Shown here one piece after another: positions 20,571 to 30,100 of a stretch of DNA of 64,000 nucleotides. A program made the translations under genes and the position numbers. The stretch is from Cutibacterium sp. (lineage in GTDB: Bacteria; Actinomycetota; Actinomycetes; Propionibacteriales; Propionibacteriaceae): positions 688,696 to 752,695 of the forward strand of contig NZ_JAUNEJ010000001.1 of assembly GCF_030525615.1 (NCBI RefSeq). The letters run 5' to 3'. Numbering within the stretch: the stretch's first letter is position 1; each line of letters begins with the position of its first letter. The notes beneath the pieces were generated by a model. It was not told the DNA's origin. It ran no database searches and saw only the letters and a list, made by a program, of their open reading frames with translations.

Positions 20571-20798
20571 ATGGAGATCAAGATCGGCATCACTAACACC
20601 GCACGTGAAGTCAGCATTGACGCCCAGGAAAGCGCACAGGCCATCGAGCAGCAGCTCAGGGACAGTATCCGCGAACCCGACGCCGTCCTTACCCTGACTG
20701 ATGCCAAGGGCCGCAAAGTTCTCGTTCCCGCCCGTGGAATCGCCTATCTCGACCTGGGGCAGCCCAACAGCCGTCAGGTAGGATTTGGAACCCTCTGA
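20571..20798 (+). CDS. DUF3107 family protein
   Basis: MEIKIGITNTAREVSI...LTLTDAKGRKVLVPARGIAYLDLG...RQVGFG. Confidence 0.85.
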   Translation: MEIKIGITNTAREVSIDAQESAQAIEQQLRDSIREPDAVLTLTDAKGRKVLVPARGIAYLDLGQPNSRQVGFGTL

Positions 20799-20836
20799 CC
20801 CGACGCACAGGTAAACACCACACACAGTTAAACGTT

Positions 20837-20869
20837 GTGGGAGCTTCCGATCATGACAGAAGCTCCCAC
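20837..20869. terminator. Probable bidirectional terminator hairpin
   Basis: Perfect 10-bp inverted repeat GTGGGAGCTT...AAGCTCCCAC between convergent genes. Confidence 0.65.
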
Positions 20870-20895
20870 TCTTACCTACCGACGTCCTACATCAT

Positions 20896-21567
20896 TCACG
20901 GCTCAAGGCCAAGATCGATCATGCGTTCGTCGTGGGCACTCAAGACACCGGCCATGACCTCATTGATAAGATCGAGGTCATCGAACTCTCCCCCGCCAGC
21001 CTTCGTCAGAGCCGAGGTCAGTGCTTGATAACGGGCGAACAGGCGTTGAGCCACCGACAGTACCTCTCCGACGAGACGGCGCGCGAACAATGACTCCGCC
21101 GACTTATTGTGTTGTGCGGCGATGATATGACGCATCGCAGTATCCCAAGGCACGCGGCTTCCAGTGCCGCGTCCTAGCCAGGGTCCAAAAGATCCACAAG
21201 CCGGACAGAGTTCGGGTTCGAGATTTGGCTCGACCCGATCCAGGAAGTCGGCGATGAGTTCAACAATGATGTGATCGCGCAACAAGACCTGAGACCACGA
21301 TCGAGAGGGCACGTACTCCTCAACGGACCCAATGAGGGGTTCCACCTCTGCCAGAACTGCGCTATCTGTCAGGTGGGTTCTGGCTTCCGCCAAGACCTTC
21401 TGCACCTCAGCGCTGCGATCGACGAGGAGGAACCGTTCTGGCAGACCGGGAGCCAGACTCATAGCGGACACCGTTGCGGAGAATCCATGCAAGGCACAGG
21501 AAGCCACAACGGACCAGAAAACCGTCACAACCCTGGAGTCATTGGGGTTCGTGTCGTCGATGCTCAC
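20896..21567 (-). CDS. Ferritin-like fold protein (MiaE-like, Rv3210c-like)
   Basis: Helical 223-aa ORF ending AHDERMIDLGL; conserved position between DUF3107 and the DEAD-box helicase. Confidence 0.7.
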   Translation of the reverse strand: MSIDDTNPNDSRVVTVFWSVVASCALHGFSATVSAMSLAPGLPERFLLVDRSAEVQKVLAEARTHLTDSAVLAEVEPLIGSVEEYVPSRSWSQVLLRDHIIVELIADFLDRVEPNLEPELCPACGSFGPWLGRGTGSRVPWDTAMRHIIAAQHNKSAESLFARRLVGEVLSVAQRLFARYQALTSALTKAGGGEFDDLDLINEVMAGVLSAHDERMIDLGLEP

Positions 21568-21730
21568 GCCCCTAGATTTTAGAGGGTCAACGGCACTGGA
21601 GGTAGAATGCCCCGTGGTGTGTTGGCTGCGGCACCGAAATGTCCACCGTTACAAAAAAGTACAACCCACACTGTAAACCAACACATTTAACACTGCGTGA
21701 CACCGTTGCTCCTGCGGCGACGTCACGAAT

Positions 21731-21766
21731 AACGACTCAAGAATGACCAACGACTCAAGAATGACA
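21731..21766. repeat. 18-bp tandem duplication at the 5' end of the DEAD-box gene
   Basis: aacgactcaagaatgacc / aacgactcaagaatgaca. Confidence 0.85.
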
Positions 21767-23332
21767 CCGGGCCTTGACGGGTCCACGCACGAAGAGGCCA
21801 TGACACTGACCGAGACCACTGTTTCCGTTTCCACCTCCTTCGCCGATCTCGGCGTCCGAGAAGATATCTGTCAGGCGCTGGAGGGGGTGGGAATCGTATC
21901 CCCGTTCCCCATCCAGGCTATGTCGATCCCGATTTCGATTCAGGGCACCGACCTCATCGGACAGGCTCGCACTGGCACGGGTAAGACCCTCGCCTTTGGT
22001 ATCACCATCCTGCAGCGCATCACGCTTCCCGGTGACGAAGACTGGGGCAAGCTCGAGCATAAGGGCAAGCCGCAGGCTCTTGTCATGTGCCCTACCCGTG
22101 AGCTCGCTCTCCAGGTTTCCAAGGACATCTCGACTGCCGCCTCCGTCCGCGGCGCGCGAGTCCTCACGGTTTACGGCGGAGTCGGCTACGACCCGCAAGT
22201 CGACGCCCTCAAGAGGGGGGTCGACGTCGTCGTCGGTACTCCAGGACGTCTGCTCGACCTGTCTCAGCGCAAGGATCTTGACCTGAGCCACGTACGTATC
22301 GTGGTGCTCGACGAGGCTGACGAGATGCTTGACCTAGGGTTCCTGCCCGACGTCGAGAACCTTATCGGTCGTACCCCGACTTCCCGTCAGACCATGCTCT
22401 TCTCGGCGACCATGCCGGCGCCAATCATGGCTCTGGCTCGTTCCCAGCTCAACCGCCCGGTGCATGTGCGTGCCGAGGGTGCCGACGCCCAGGCGACCGT
22501 TCCGGACACCCAGCAGTTTGTCTATCAAGCTCACCCCATGGACAAGATCGAGATCATTGGACGCGTCCTGCAGTCTCGCGACGTTGAGAAGGTCATCATC
22601 TTCTGCCGTACCAAACGCGCCTGTCAGCGTCTGGCTGACGACCTCGACGATCGTGGTTTCAAAGCCCGAGCTATCCATGGAGACCTCACCCAGATCGCTC
22701 GTGAGAAGGCCCTAAAGAGATTCCGCAGTGGTGATGCCACCATTCTTGTCGCCACCGATGTCGCTGCCCGTGGCATAGACGTCACCGGAGTTTCACACGT
22801 CATCAACCATGAGTGTCCCGAGGACGAGAAGACTTACATCCATCGCATTGGTCGTACCGGACGCGCCGGGGCCAAAGGTGTCGCTGTCACCCTCGTTGAC
22901 TGGGCGGATGTCACCCGTTGGAAGCTCATCAACAAGGCGCTCGACCTCGGTATCCCTGAGCCGGTTGAGACCTATTCGACCTCCCCTCACCTCTACACCG
23001 ACCTCGATATTCCCCAGGGCACCAAGGGTTCTCTAGCTGACGCCGACCATCGTCACCGCAAGCATGAGGACCACCACAACCATGGTGACCACGGCGACGG
23101 TCGTCGTTCTCGCAAAGACTCCAGTGCCAGGAACAATGACAGGCCACGCCGTAAGCGCATTCGACGCCGCAATGGCAAGGTGATTAGAGGCTCTGCTGCA
23201 GATACTCGCCAGCCTCGCGAGACCAAGCACGAAACCCGACGGGAACAACGCAAGGGCAGTGACCACGTCGTGAGTACTGAGCGCGCGGCACGCCCCCAGC
23301 ACCGGCGAGCTCGGAATGCCTTGCATAACTGA
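21743..23332 (+). CDS. DEAD-box ATP-dependent RNA helicase
   Basis: Q-motif, ARTGTGKT, PTRELA, GTPGRLLD, DEAD, FSAT, HRIGRTGRAG. Start could be 21743, 21761 or 21800. Confidence 0.93.
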   Translation: MTNDSRMTPGLDGSTHEEAMTLTETTVSVSTSFADLGVREDICQALEGVGIVSPFPIQAMSIPISIQGTDLIGQARTGTGKTLAFGITILQRITLPGDEDWGKLEHKGKPQALVMCPTRELALQVSKDISTAASVRGARVLTVYGGVGYDPQVDALKRGVDVVVGTPGRLLDLSQRKDLDLSHVRIVVLDEADEMLDLGFLPDVENLIGRTPTSRQTMLFSATMPAPIMALARSQLNRPVHVRAEGADAQATVPDTQQFVYQAHPMDKIEIIGRVLQSRDVEKVIIFCRTKRACQRLADDLDDRGFKARAIHGDLTQIAREKALKRFRSGDATILVATDVAARGIDVTGVSHVINHECPEDEKTYIHRIGRTGRAGAKGVAVTLVDWADVTRWKLINKALDLGIPEPVETYSTSPHLYTDLDIPQGTKGSLADADHRHRKHEDHHNHGDHGDGRRSRKDSSARNNDRPRRKRIRRRNGKVIRGSAADTRQPRETKHETRREQRKGSDHVVSTERAARPQHRRARNALHN

Positions 23333-23483
23333 CGTCCAAGCAGCCTGGTGATTCACGATGTGATCGGGGATGAAGCTCTAAAAGTGACCTCACTACCTTC
23401 TACACTGATCGAAACATGTGGCCTTTCCAATGTCCTGGAAGGTTCCGCATACCAACTCAATCAGGCATTCTGGAAGGTCGTCG

Positions 23484-24989
23484 ATGACCCACGCACCGCA
23501 GCGGTTACGTGATAATGCTCCGCAAACCCCCGCCGGAGCAACGTGTGGAGACCAGCAAAAAACTACCAGCGCAGCAACCAACGGAGTCGTCGATCGCGGC
23601 GACCAGGGGTATGCCGCAACCTTGAGTAATCGCCAGGTTCAGATGATGGCGATCGGCGGGGCAATTGGCGTCGGTCTCTTTCTTGGGGCAGGCAGTCGGT
23701 TACGCAGCGCCGGGCCGGCAGTCCTCATATCGTACGCATTCTGCGCACTCATCGCTTTCCTTGTCATGAGAGCGCTCGGTGAGCTGGTTATTCATCGTCC
23801 CTCTAGCGGTTCTTTCGTGTCCTATGCTCGAGAACTCCTCGGCGACCGCTGGGCTTACGCGGTCGGTTGGATGTACATGCTCAACTGGATGACCTCGGGC
23901 ATCGCCGAGCTGACCGCCATAGGTACGTATCTGCAATTCTGGTGGCCCGATCTACCAATGTGGATACCCTCGCTCATCGCTTTGGTCATCCTTGTGACGG
24001 TCAACCTCATTAGCGTCAAGGCTTTTGGAGAATTTGAGTTTTGGGCCGCGTTACTCAAAGTGTTGGCCTTGACGGCATTCATTGTCGTCGCCATTGGTCT
24101 CGTTGCCGCTCACGTCAATGTCGGCGGCCACCGAGCGGCGGTGTCAAACCTCTGGAACTTTGACGGCGGATTCGCCCCGCAGGGGGTCCTGCCGTTGATC
24201 CTTGTCATCCAAGGTGTCATCTTCGCCTATGCCACCATCGAGTTAGTTGGCACTGCCTCCGGAGAGACTCAGAATCCTCGCAAGGTCATCCCTAAAGCTG
24301 TCCACGCGGTCGTATTCCGGCTCATCGTGTTCTACCTAGGGTCCTTGGCTTTGCTAGCCATGTTGCTGCCATACAACGAATACTCTGCTGACGAATCCCC
24401 CTTTGTCACAGCTTTTTCAGCTATGGGAGTGGGGTGGATAGGGGACGCCATGAATGTGGTCGTCATTACCGCAGCTTTTTCGTCGGTCAACTCCGGATTG
24501 TACGCGACGGGTCGGGTACTCAAATCATTGGCAGCTGCGGGAGAAGCTCCAAAATTCGCGGGCACCCTCAACCGATACAAGATACCCGCCGGTGGAATCC
24601 TTTTGACTGCAAGCGTTTTCCTCCTCGGCGTCGGGCTGGAGTACATCGTTCCCGAACGCGCTTTCGAGATATCGATCAACACCGCTGCGGTGGGCGTGAT
24701 CTGGACATGGGCGACGATCTTCTGGTGCCAACTGAGGTTGCGCAGACGAGTGAATCAAGGTCTGATCGCTGATTCCGGTTTTCATATGCCGGGATACCCG
24801 ATCACGGGGATTTTCGGCATCGTCAGCCTCGTCGGAGTCACGGCTCTCATGGTGCTCGATCCTCAGAACCGAATCGTGCTGGCAGCATCCTTGATATACA
24901 TTGCGGTCATGTTCCTCGCGTGGCCAGCCGTTAAACGTAACAAGGCGCGCCATCCCGAACTCAACGCCCAAGAAAGCATCACGTTCTGA
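23484..24989 (+). CDS. APC-superfamily amino acid permease (AnsP/AroP-like)
   Basis: LSNRQVQMMAIGGAIGVGLFLGAG, FGEFEFW, GETQNP, SSVNSGLYATGR; about 12 hydrophobic segments. Confidence 0.9.
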   Translation: MTHAPQRLRDNAPQTPAGATCGDQQKTTSAATNGVVDRGDQGYAATLSNRQVQMMAIGGAIGVGLFLGAGSRLRSAGPAVLISYAFCALIAFLVMRALGELVIHRPSSGSFVSYARELLGDRWAYAVGWMYMLNWMTSGIAELTAIGTYLQFWWPDLPMWIPSLIALVILVTVNLISVKAFGEFEFWAALLKVLALTAFIVVAIGLVAAHVNVGGHRAAVSNLWNFDGGFAPQGVLPLILVIQGVIFAYATIELVGTASGETQNPRKVIPKAVHAVVFRLIVFYLGSLALLAMLLPYNEYSADESPFVTAFSAMGVGWIGDAMNVVVITAAFSSVNSGLYATGRVLKSLAAAGEAPKFAGTLNRYKIPAGGILLTASVFLLGVGLEYIVPERAFEISINTAAVGVIWTWATIFWCQLRLRRRVNQGLIADSGFHMPGYPITGIFGIVSLVGVTALMVLDPQNRIVLAASLIYIAVMFLAWPAVKRNKARHPELNAQESITF

Positions 24990-25032
24990 CGAGGTTCCGA
25001 GAATCGTTACAACACTGGGCGAATGCTAAGCG

Positions 25033-26124
25033 TCAGTACACCATCTGCATAGCTTTGCGCACTTCTGTCAGTGTTTGATCTGCCACGACTGCGGCCTTCG
25101 CATTACCAGCTCGAAGAACCTCACGGAGATAGCCTTCATCGGCCGCCAGTTCCGCTCGACGTTCACGAATCGGTGCGAAATAGTCATTGAGAGAAGCGGT
25201 GAGCCGCTTTTTCAAGGTGCCTGAACCACCGTCGCCAACTTCCTCAGCGATGGTGGCCGGATCACCGTTCTCGCATAGTGCCGTCAGCAGTACCAGATTC
25301 GAGACCTCCGGACGGTTCTCCGGGTCCCACGTGATGTGACGCTCGGAATCCGTCTTGGCCTTTTTAATGAGCTTGGCCGTCTGATCGGCGGTCATACCAA
25401 TCTCGATGGTGTTGCCTTTTGACTTGCTCATCTTGGTGCCGTCCAGACCAAGCACGTGTGGGGTCGCCGACAGCAAGGCTTCAGGCTCGGGAAAGACCGG
25501 CTTGGAGACGTCAGCACGTCCGTATCTCTCGTCAAAACGTCGGGCGATGACACGGGTCTGCTCGATGTGCGGTAATTGATCTCGGCCCACCGGGACAAGG
25601 TTTGCCTTGCAGAAGAGAATGTCGGCGGCTTGGTGTACTGGAAAGGTGAGCATGAGACCCGACATCGGGCGGTCTGAGGTGGCCAACTCGTCTTTGACAG
25701 TTGGGTTGCGACGCAGCTCAGCGTCGGTGACCAGGGATAGGAAGGGCAGCAGCAGCTGATTGAGGCTTGGCAGAGCCGAGTGAGTAAATATCGTGGTACG
25801 GCTCGGGTCGATGCCGATAGCAAGATAGTCGGCGATGTTTGACATCACGTTGGTCTGCAGATCACCGACGCCATCACGGTCATAAATGACCTGGTAATCG
25901 GCGATGACAAGATAGGACTCGATACCCTTGTTTTGTAGACGCACCCGATTAGCCAGGGACCCGAAGTAGTGGCCGATGTGCAGACTTCCGGTGGGACGAT
26001 CTCCAGTGAGAATCCGCCATTTCTCGGGGTGAATGGCTAAATCGGCCTCAACTTTGTCGCTGCGAGCCTGTGAGCGCGCCAAGGTAGCAGCGTTCGAACC
26101 GATCTCAGAGACGTCGCCGGTCAT
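25033..26124 (-). CDS. trpS: Tryptophanyl-tRNA synthetase (TrpRS II-like)
   Basis: TGDRPTGSLHIGH, FPVHQAADIL, VPVGRDQLPH, GTKMSKS. Confidence 0.95.
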   Translation of the reverse strand: MTGDVSEIGSNAATLARSQARSDKVEADLAIHPEKWRILTGDRPTGSLHIGHYFGSLANRVRLQNKGIESYLVIADYQVIYDRDGVGDLQTNVMSNIADYLAIGIDPSRTTIFTHSALPSLNQLLLPFLSLVTDAELRRNPTVKDELATSDRPMSGLMLTFPVHQAADILFCKANLVPVGRDQLPHIEQTRVIARRFDERYGRADVSKPVFPEPEALLSATPHVLGLDGTKMSKSKGNTIEIGMTADQTAKLIKKAKTDSERHITWDPENRPEVSNLVLLTALCENGDPATIAEEVGDGGSGTLKKRLTASLNDYFAPIRERRAELAADEGYLREVLRAGNAKAAVVADQTLTEVRKAMQMVY

Positions 26125-26130
26125 CGATAA

Positions 26131-26187
26131 TCCTTCCTCGCCGCTCTCTCCTTGGCGACGAGGGGACGCCGCCGAGTGAGGGCGGCC
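26131..26187 (-). promoter_or_regulatory. Alternative-hairpin attenuator upstream of trpS
   Basis: Minus strand GCCGCC-ctcactc-GGCGGC (1:2), GGCGGCG-tcccct-CGTCGCC (2:3), CCTCGTCGC-caaggagaga-GCGGCGAGG (3:4), the last abutting the AAGGA SD. Confidence 0.7.
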
Positions 26188-26196
26188 GTTACATCG

Positions 26197-26253
26197 TCAG
26201 TGCCGCACCCAGCGACGCCACCATGAGGTGGCATTCGCAGGTGCAGTCGTCAT
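26197..26253 (-). CDS. Trp-rich leader peptide MTTAPANATSWWRRWVRH
   Basis: 18-codon ORF with TGG-TGG-CGT-CGC-TGG, ending 72 nt upstream of the trpS ATG. Confidence 0.8.
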   Translation of the reverse strand: MTTAPANATSWWRRWVRH

Positions 26254-26272
26254 AGCGGTCACTGTAGCAGTC

Positions 26273-27133
26273 TCACCGGACGCGAAGAATTCCACCGCGC
26301 ATTTGAATCCTCGTCACAAGCTCCCGGTAGGCAGTCTCACGGGTGAGATTGCATCCCAGTTCGTGACCTTTCTTGCCCGAGCCGTGGTAATCGCTGGCGC
26401 CAGTGCGGACCAATCCGAGCCGTCCACCCAAGTCAAAAAGCATTCGCCGGGTTACCTGATCGTGGTCTTGGTGTTCCACCTCAATACCGTCAAGCTGGTG
26501 ATATGCAGACAACGAAGCGATGACTTGAGGGGTGAGAACCTGCTGAGCTCCTCTACCCCACGGATGGGCGAGGATGACGACGCCGCCGGCGTTGTGGATC
26601 AGGTCAATACCCTCCTCCAGCGCCACGCTGTGCCGCGGCACATATGCAGGTTTACCGTCAGAAAGCCAGTCTCGGAAAGCCTCGTCGCGATCTTCGACGT
26701 ATCCCTTGGCCACCATGGCGTCGGCGATGTGTGGCCTGCCCAAGCTTGAGGCCGAGCCAGCAGCTCCACGCACGTCCTGCGTCGTCAAGGCCATTCCGGC
26801 CTCAGTAAGTTTCTGGCAGATGGCGTCTAGACGACCCAGTCGCGAGGCACGAGTGATCTGCAACTCCTTACTCAGAGCGGGATCGTCAGGACGCGACCCG
26901 TAACCGAGAAGGTGGACATCGCGGTCACCAATATGACACGTCATCTCAAGACCGGGAAGCAGCCGGACGCCGAACCGTTGCCCAGCTGCCTGAGCCTCCT
27001 CCAGCCCATCAAAGGTGTCGTGGTCAGTCAGAGCAATAACGTCCAGACCACTCGTGGCAGCTTTCATCATGAGGCGGGTCGGGGAGTCCGTCCCGTCTGA
27101 AATCGTGGAATGGGTATGGAGATCGATCCTCAT
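26273..27133 (-). CDS. PHP-domain metal-dependent phosphoesterase (TrpH/YciV-like)
   Basis: DLHTHSTISDG, ALTDHDT, VHLLGY, GRPHIADA, LAHP, GASDYHG. Confidence 0.9.
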   Translation of the reverse strand: MRIDLHTHSTISDGTDSPTRLMMKAATSGLDVIALTDHDTFDGLEEAQAAGQRFGVRLLPGLEMTCHIGDRDVHLLGYGSRPDDPALSKELQITRASRLGRLDAICQKLTEAGMALTTQDVRGAAGSASSLGRPHIADAMVAKGYVEDRDEAFRDWLSDGKPAYVPRHSVALEEGIDLIHNAGGVVILAHPWGRGAQQVLTPQVIASLSAYHQLDGIEVEHQDHDQVTRRMLFDLGGRLGLVRTGASDYHGSGKKGHELGCNLTRETAYRELVTRIQMRGGILRVR

Positions 27134-30100
27134 TGTTTAGCCTCCTGCCCCACAGCGGCCCGCAAGTCGCTAACCATCACGACACAGTGCGCGAGATCCG
27201 GGGTTGTCGTCATCGCTTCAACAATACGTCCGCCATTCGCTAGAACCTTGTCCGTTCCGCGTTCCAAGGCCCTTCGCGTTGCCTGCGACATTACCTGAAG
27301 GAGGTCTTCTCGCAGACTTGCCCGCACCCGAGCATCGGTCGGGCGGTCCTGAGGTAACTGCTCGACAAGACGGGTCAACCGGATCATGTCCACCCTGCGC
27401 GCCAGCGTCACGTAAGCCTCGGCAACCTCATCAAGGCGATGACCCTCATTCGAGATCTCGACAACGCTCAACAACACTGGGCCCCAATCATGAGAGGCGA
27501 CTACCGCCGCGTCAGAACGATCCAGCCCCAACTCCATAACCTCGTCAAGCTTTTCCTGCCAGGTGCCGACGCCGTCTCCCAACAGCCGTGAGAGCTTATC
27601 AACAAGTTTCTCAACGCCGGGACGATATGTCTCAATGGTCGCGGAGATATCGTCCGCACCACCGTGGTTGAGGAACCATCGCGTGGCGACCATCGCAAGA
27701 TCTCTCAGCGCAAGCCTGATCTTCGCGATACGGATGGCGTCCAATCCAAGGTGGCTGAGGTTCGTTTCGACCCTCCCCAGTCCGAAAACCGACCGAGCCG
27801 CCAACTGACAACGGATGACCTGAGCAATGTCAGCCCCGGTCTGCATATGCAAGCGGTGGTAGGCCGTAATGCCCTGGGAGTCAACGAACCGGTTAACGGC
27901 CTCGGTAGTAATGATTTCACGATGTAGACGGTGACTGGGCATCCCATCAGCGAACCTCTCACGCAGCAGCGGAGGGAAATACCTCACCAGACGATCAGCC
28001 ACGAAAGGATCCTCCGGAAGGTCCGTAGCCAGAACCGCGTCACACAGCGCGATCTTCGTCCATGCCAGCAGAGTGCACAGCTCCGGGCTGGCCAGCCCCT
28101 CCCCCGCAGCCATCCGACGATTCATCTCAGCAGTCGAGGGCATGGTGTCGACGACCCGATCGAGATGGCCAGACTCCTCGAGCTCGCACATCCAGGCTTC
28201 CATGACTCCGGGAGTCGGACCCGACGGACTCAGTGCGTTGGCCAACGCAAGGTTCTGCGAGCGGTTATGACGTAAGACCAGAGAAGCGACATCCTCGGCC
28301 ATGGCCGGCAGTATCTCGTCGCGCTCCTGGGTGCTGAGGCGGCCCGCAGCAACCTCGGCATCAAGCAAAATCTTGATATTGACCTCATGGTCGGAGGTGT
28401 CGACGCCAGCAGAGTTGTCGATGAAATCAGTGTTAATCCGGCCTCCGTTGCGGGCATATTCGATTCGGCCCGCCTGAGTCCATCCCAAGTTTCCGCCTTC
28501 ACCAGCGGCCCTGGCTCTCACTTCCTTGGCAGTAATGCGCACCGGGTCATTGGCGCGATCGCCAACCTCAGCGTCGGTCTCACTCGTCGCGCGCACGTAC
28601 GTTCCGATTCCGCCGTTCCATAGCAAGTCAACTGGGGCTCGCAAGATTGCCGAGATGAGATCGTCGGGTGTCATTGTTTCAACGCAGCTCTCAATGCCGA
28701 GCACCTCGCGCATTTGTTGGCTCACCGGGATTGACTTCAAAGTACGATCCCAGACACCACCGCCCTCAGAAATAAGAGACGAGTTGTAATCGCCCCAGCT
28801 TGAGCGCGGAAGATCAAAAAGACGGCGACGTTCCTGCCACGAGGCTGCGGGGTCCGGATTCGGATCAACGAAGACGTGTCGGTGGTTGAAGGCCGCAACC
28901 AGCTTGATGTGCTTGCTCAGCAACATGCCATTGCCGAAGACGTCACCGGACATGTCGCCGATCCCGACACAACTGAAGTCGTCAGCCGCTTGGTCAATCC
29001 CCAAATCTGCCAGATGACGAGTCACCGATTCCCATGCGCCGCGAGCTGTGATGCCCATGGCCTTGTGGTCGTAACCATGCGATCCACCCGAGGCAAAAGC
29101 GTCACCGAGCCAGAACCCGTGCTCAGCGGCAATAGCGTTCGCCGTGTCCGAAAAGGTCGCCGTGCCCTTGTCAGCGGCAACGACGAGATAGGGATCGTCC
29201 CCGTCGTGACGTACCACATGGGCAGGTGCGACGACCTTGCCCTCCACGACATTATCGGTCAGAGACAACAGCGACGACACGAAGATGCGGTAGCACTCCT
29301 TGCCTTCCGCAGCCCATCCCGCACGATCGGTCGTCGGATCAGGCAGATGAGCGGGTACGAAACCCCCCTTGGCTCCGGCAGGAACGATGACCGAGTTCTT
29401 GACCATCTGGGCCTTGACCAAGCCGAGGACCTCGGTCCGGAAATCCTCCGGCCGGTCCGACCAGCGAAGACCGCCTCGCGCTACCGCGCCGAATCGCAAG
29501 TGAGTTCCCGAAACACGCGGCGAGTCGACGAAGATCTCAAACTTAGGACGAGGCGCCGGGGCGAAGTCGAGCACACTCGGGCGCACCTTGAAAGCTAGCG
29601 CGCGTCGATCATCCTGCCACCAGTTCGTACGGATCATGGCCTTGATAACGGCATACATCATGCGCAGAATGCGATCGTGGTCCAAGGAGGCGACTTCGTC
29701 GAGGTGAGATAGGAAGGTCTGCGACAGCTCTTCCACCGTGGCCAGCCTCTCGGGTCCGGCGTCAGCACCGTCATCGTATGCCGAGGGATCGAACTTGGCC
29801 TCGACTATTCTCACCAGGTCGCCAGCCAGAGTCGGGTTCGCCCGCAGGGCTTTCGCCATGTACGTTTGCGAGAACGGACTACCAACTTGCCGCAAATACC
29901 GGGCGATACAACGAAGCATGGCCACTTGGGGCCACGACAAGCCCGCTTCGGTCACGAGACCGGAGAAAGTGTCAGACTCGCACTCTCCGCGCCACGACGC
30001 AGCAAATGCCTCGGTAAACCGCTGCCGATCGGAGTCCTTCCATGGCCCCCGGGGGGTCTGCAGCCCAAGATCGAACAACCAGATATCCCGACCGCGTAAT

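Noticed and set aside
23351-23363. Exact 13-mer ATTCACGATGTGA shared with 61169-61181 (upstream of the permease and argC)
   Set aside because: One such match among the intergenic sequence of a 64-kb window is roughly expected by chance; orientations relative to the genes differ.
26125-26272. T-box riboswitch upstream of trpS
   Set aside because: No AAGGTGGCACCGCG-like T-box sequence and too little space; the leader-peptide model explains the region.
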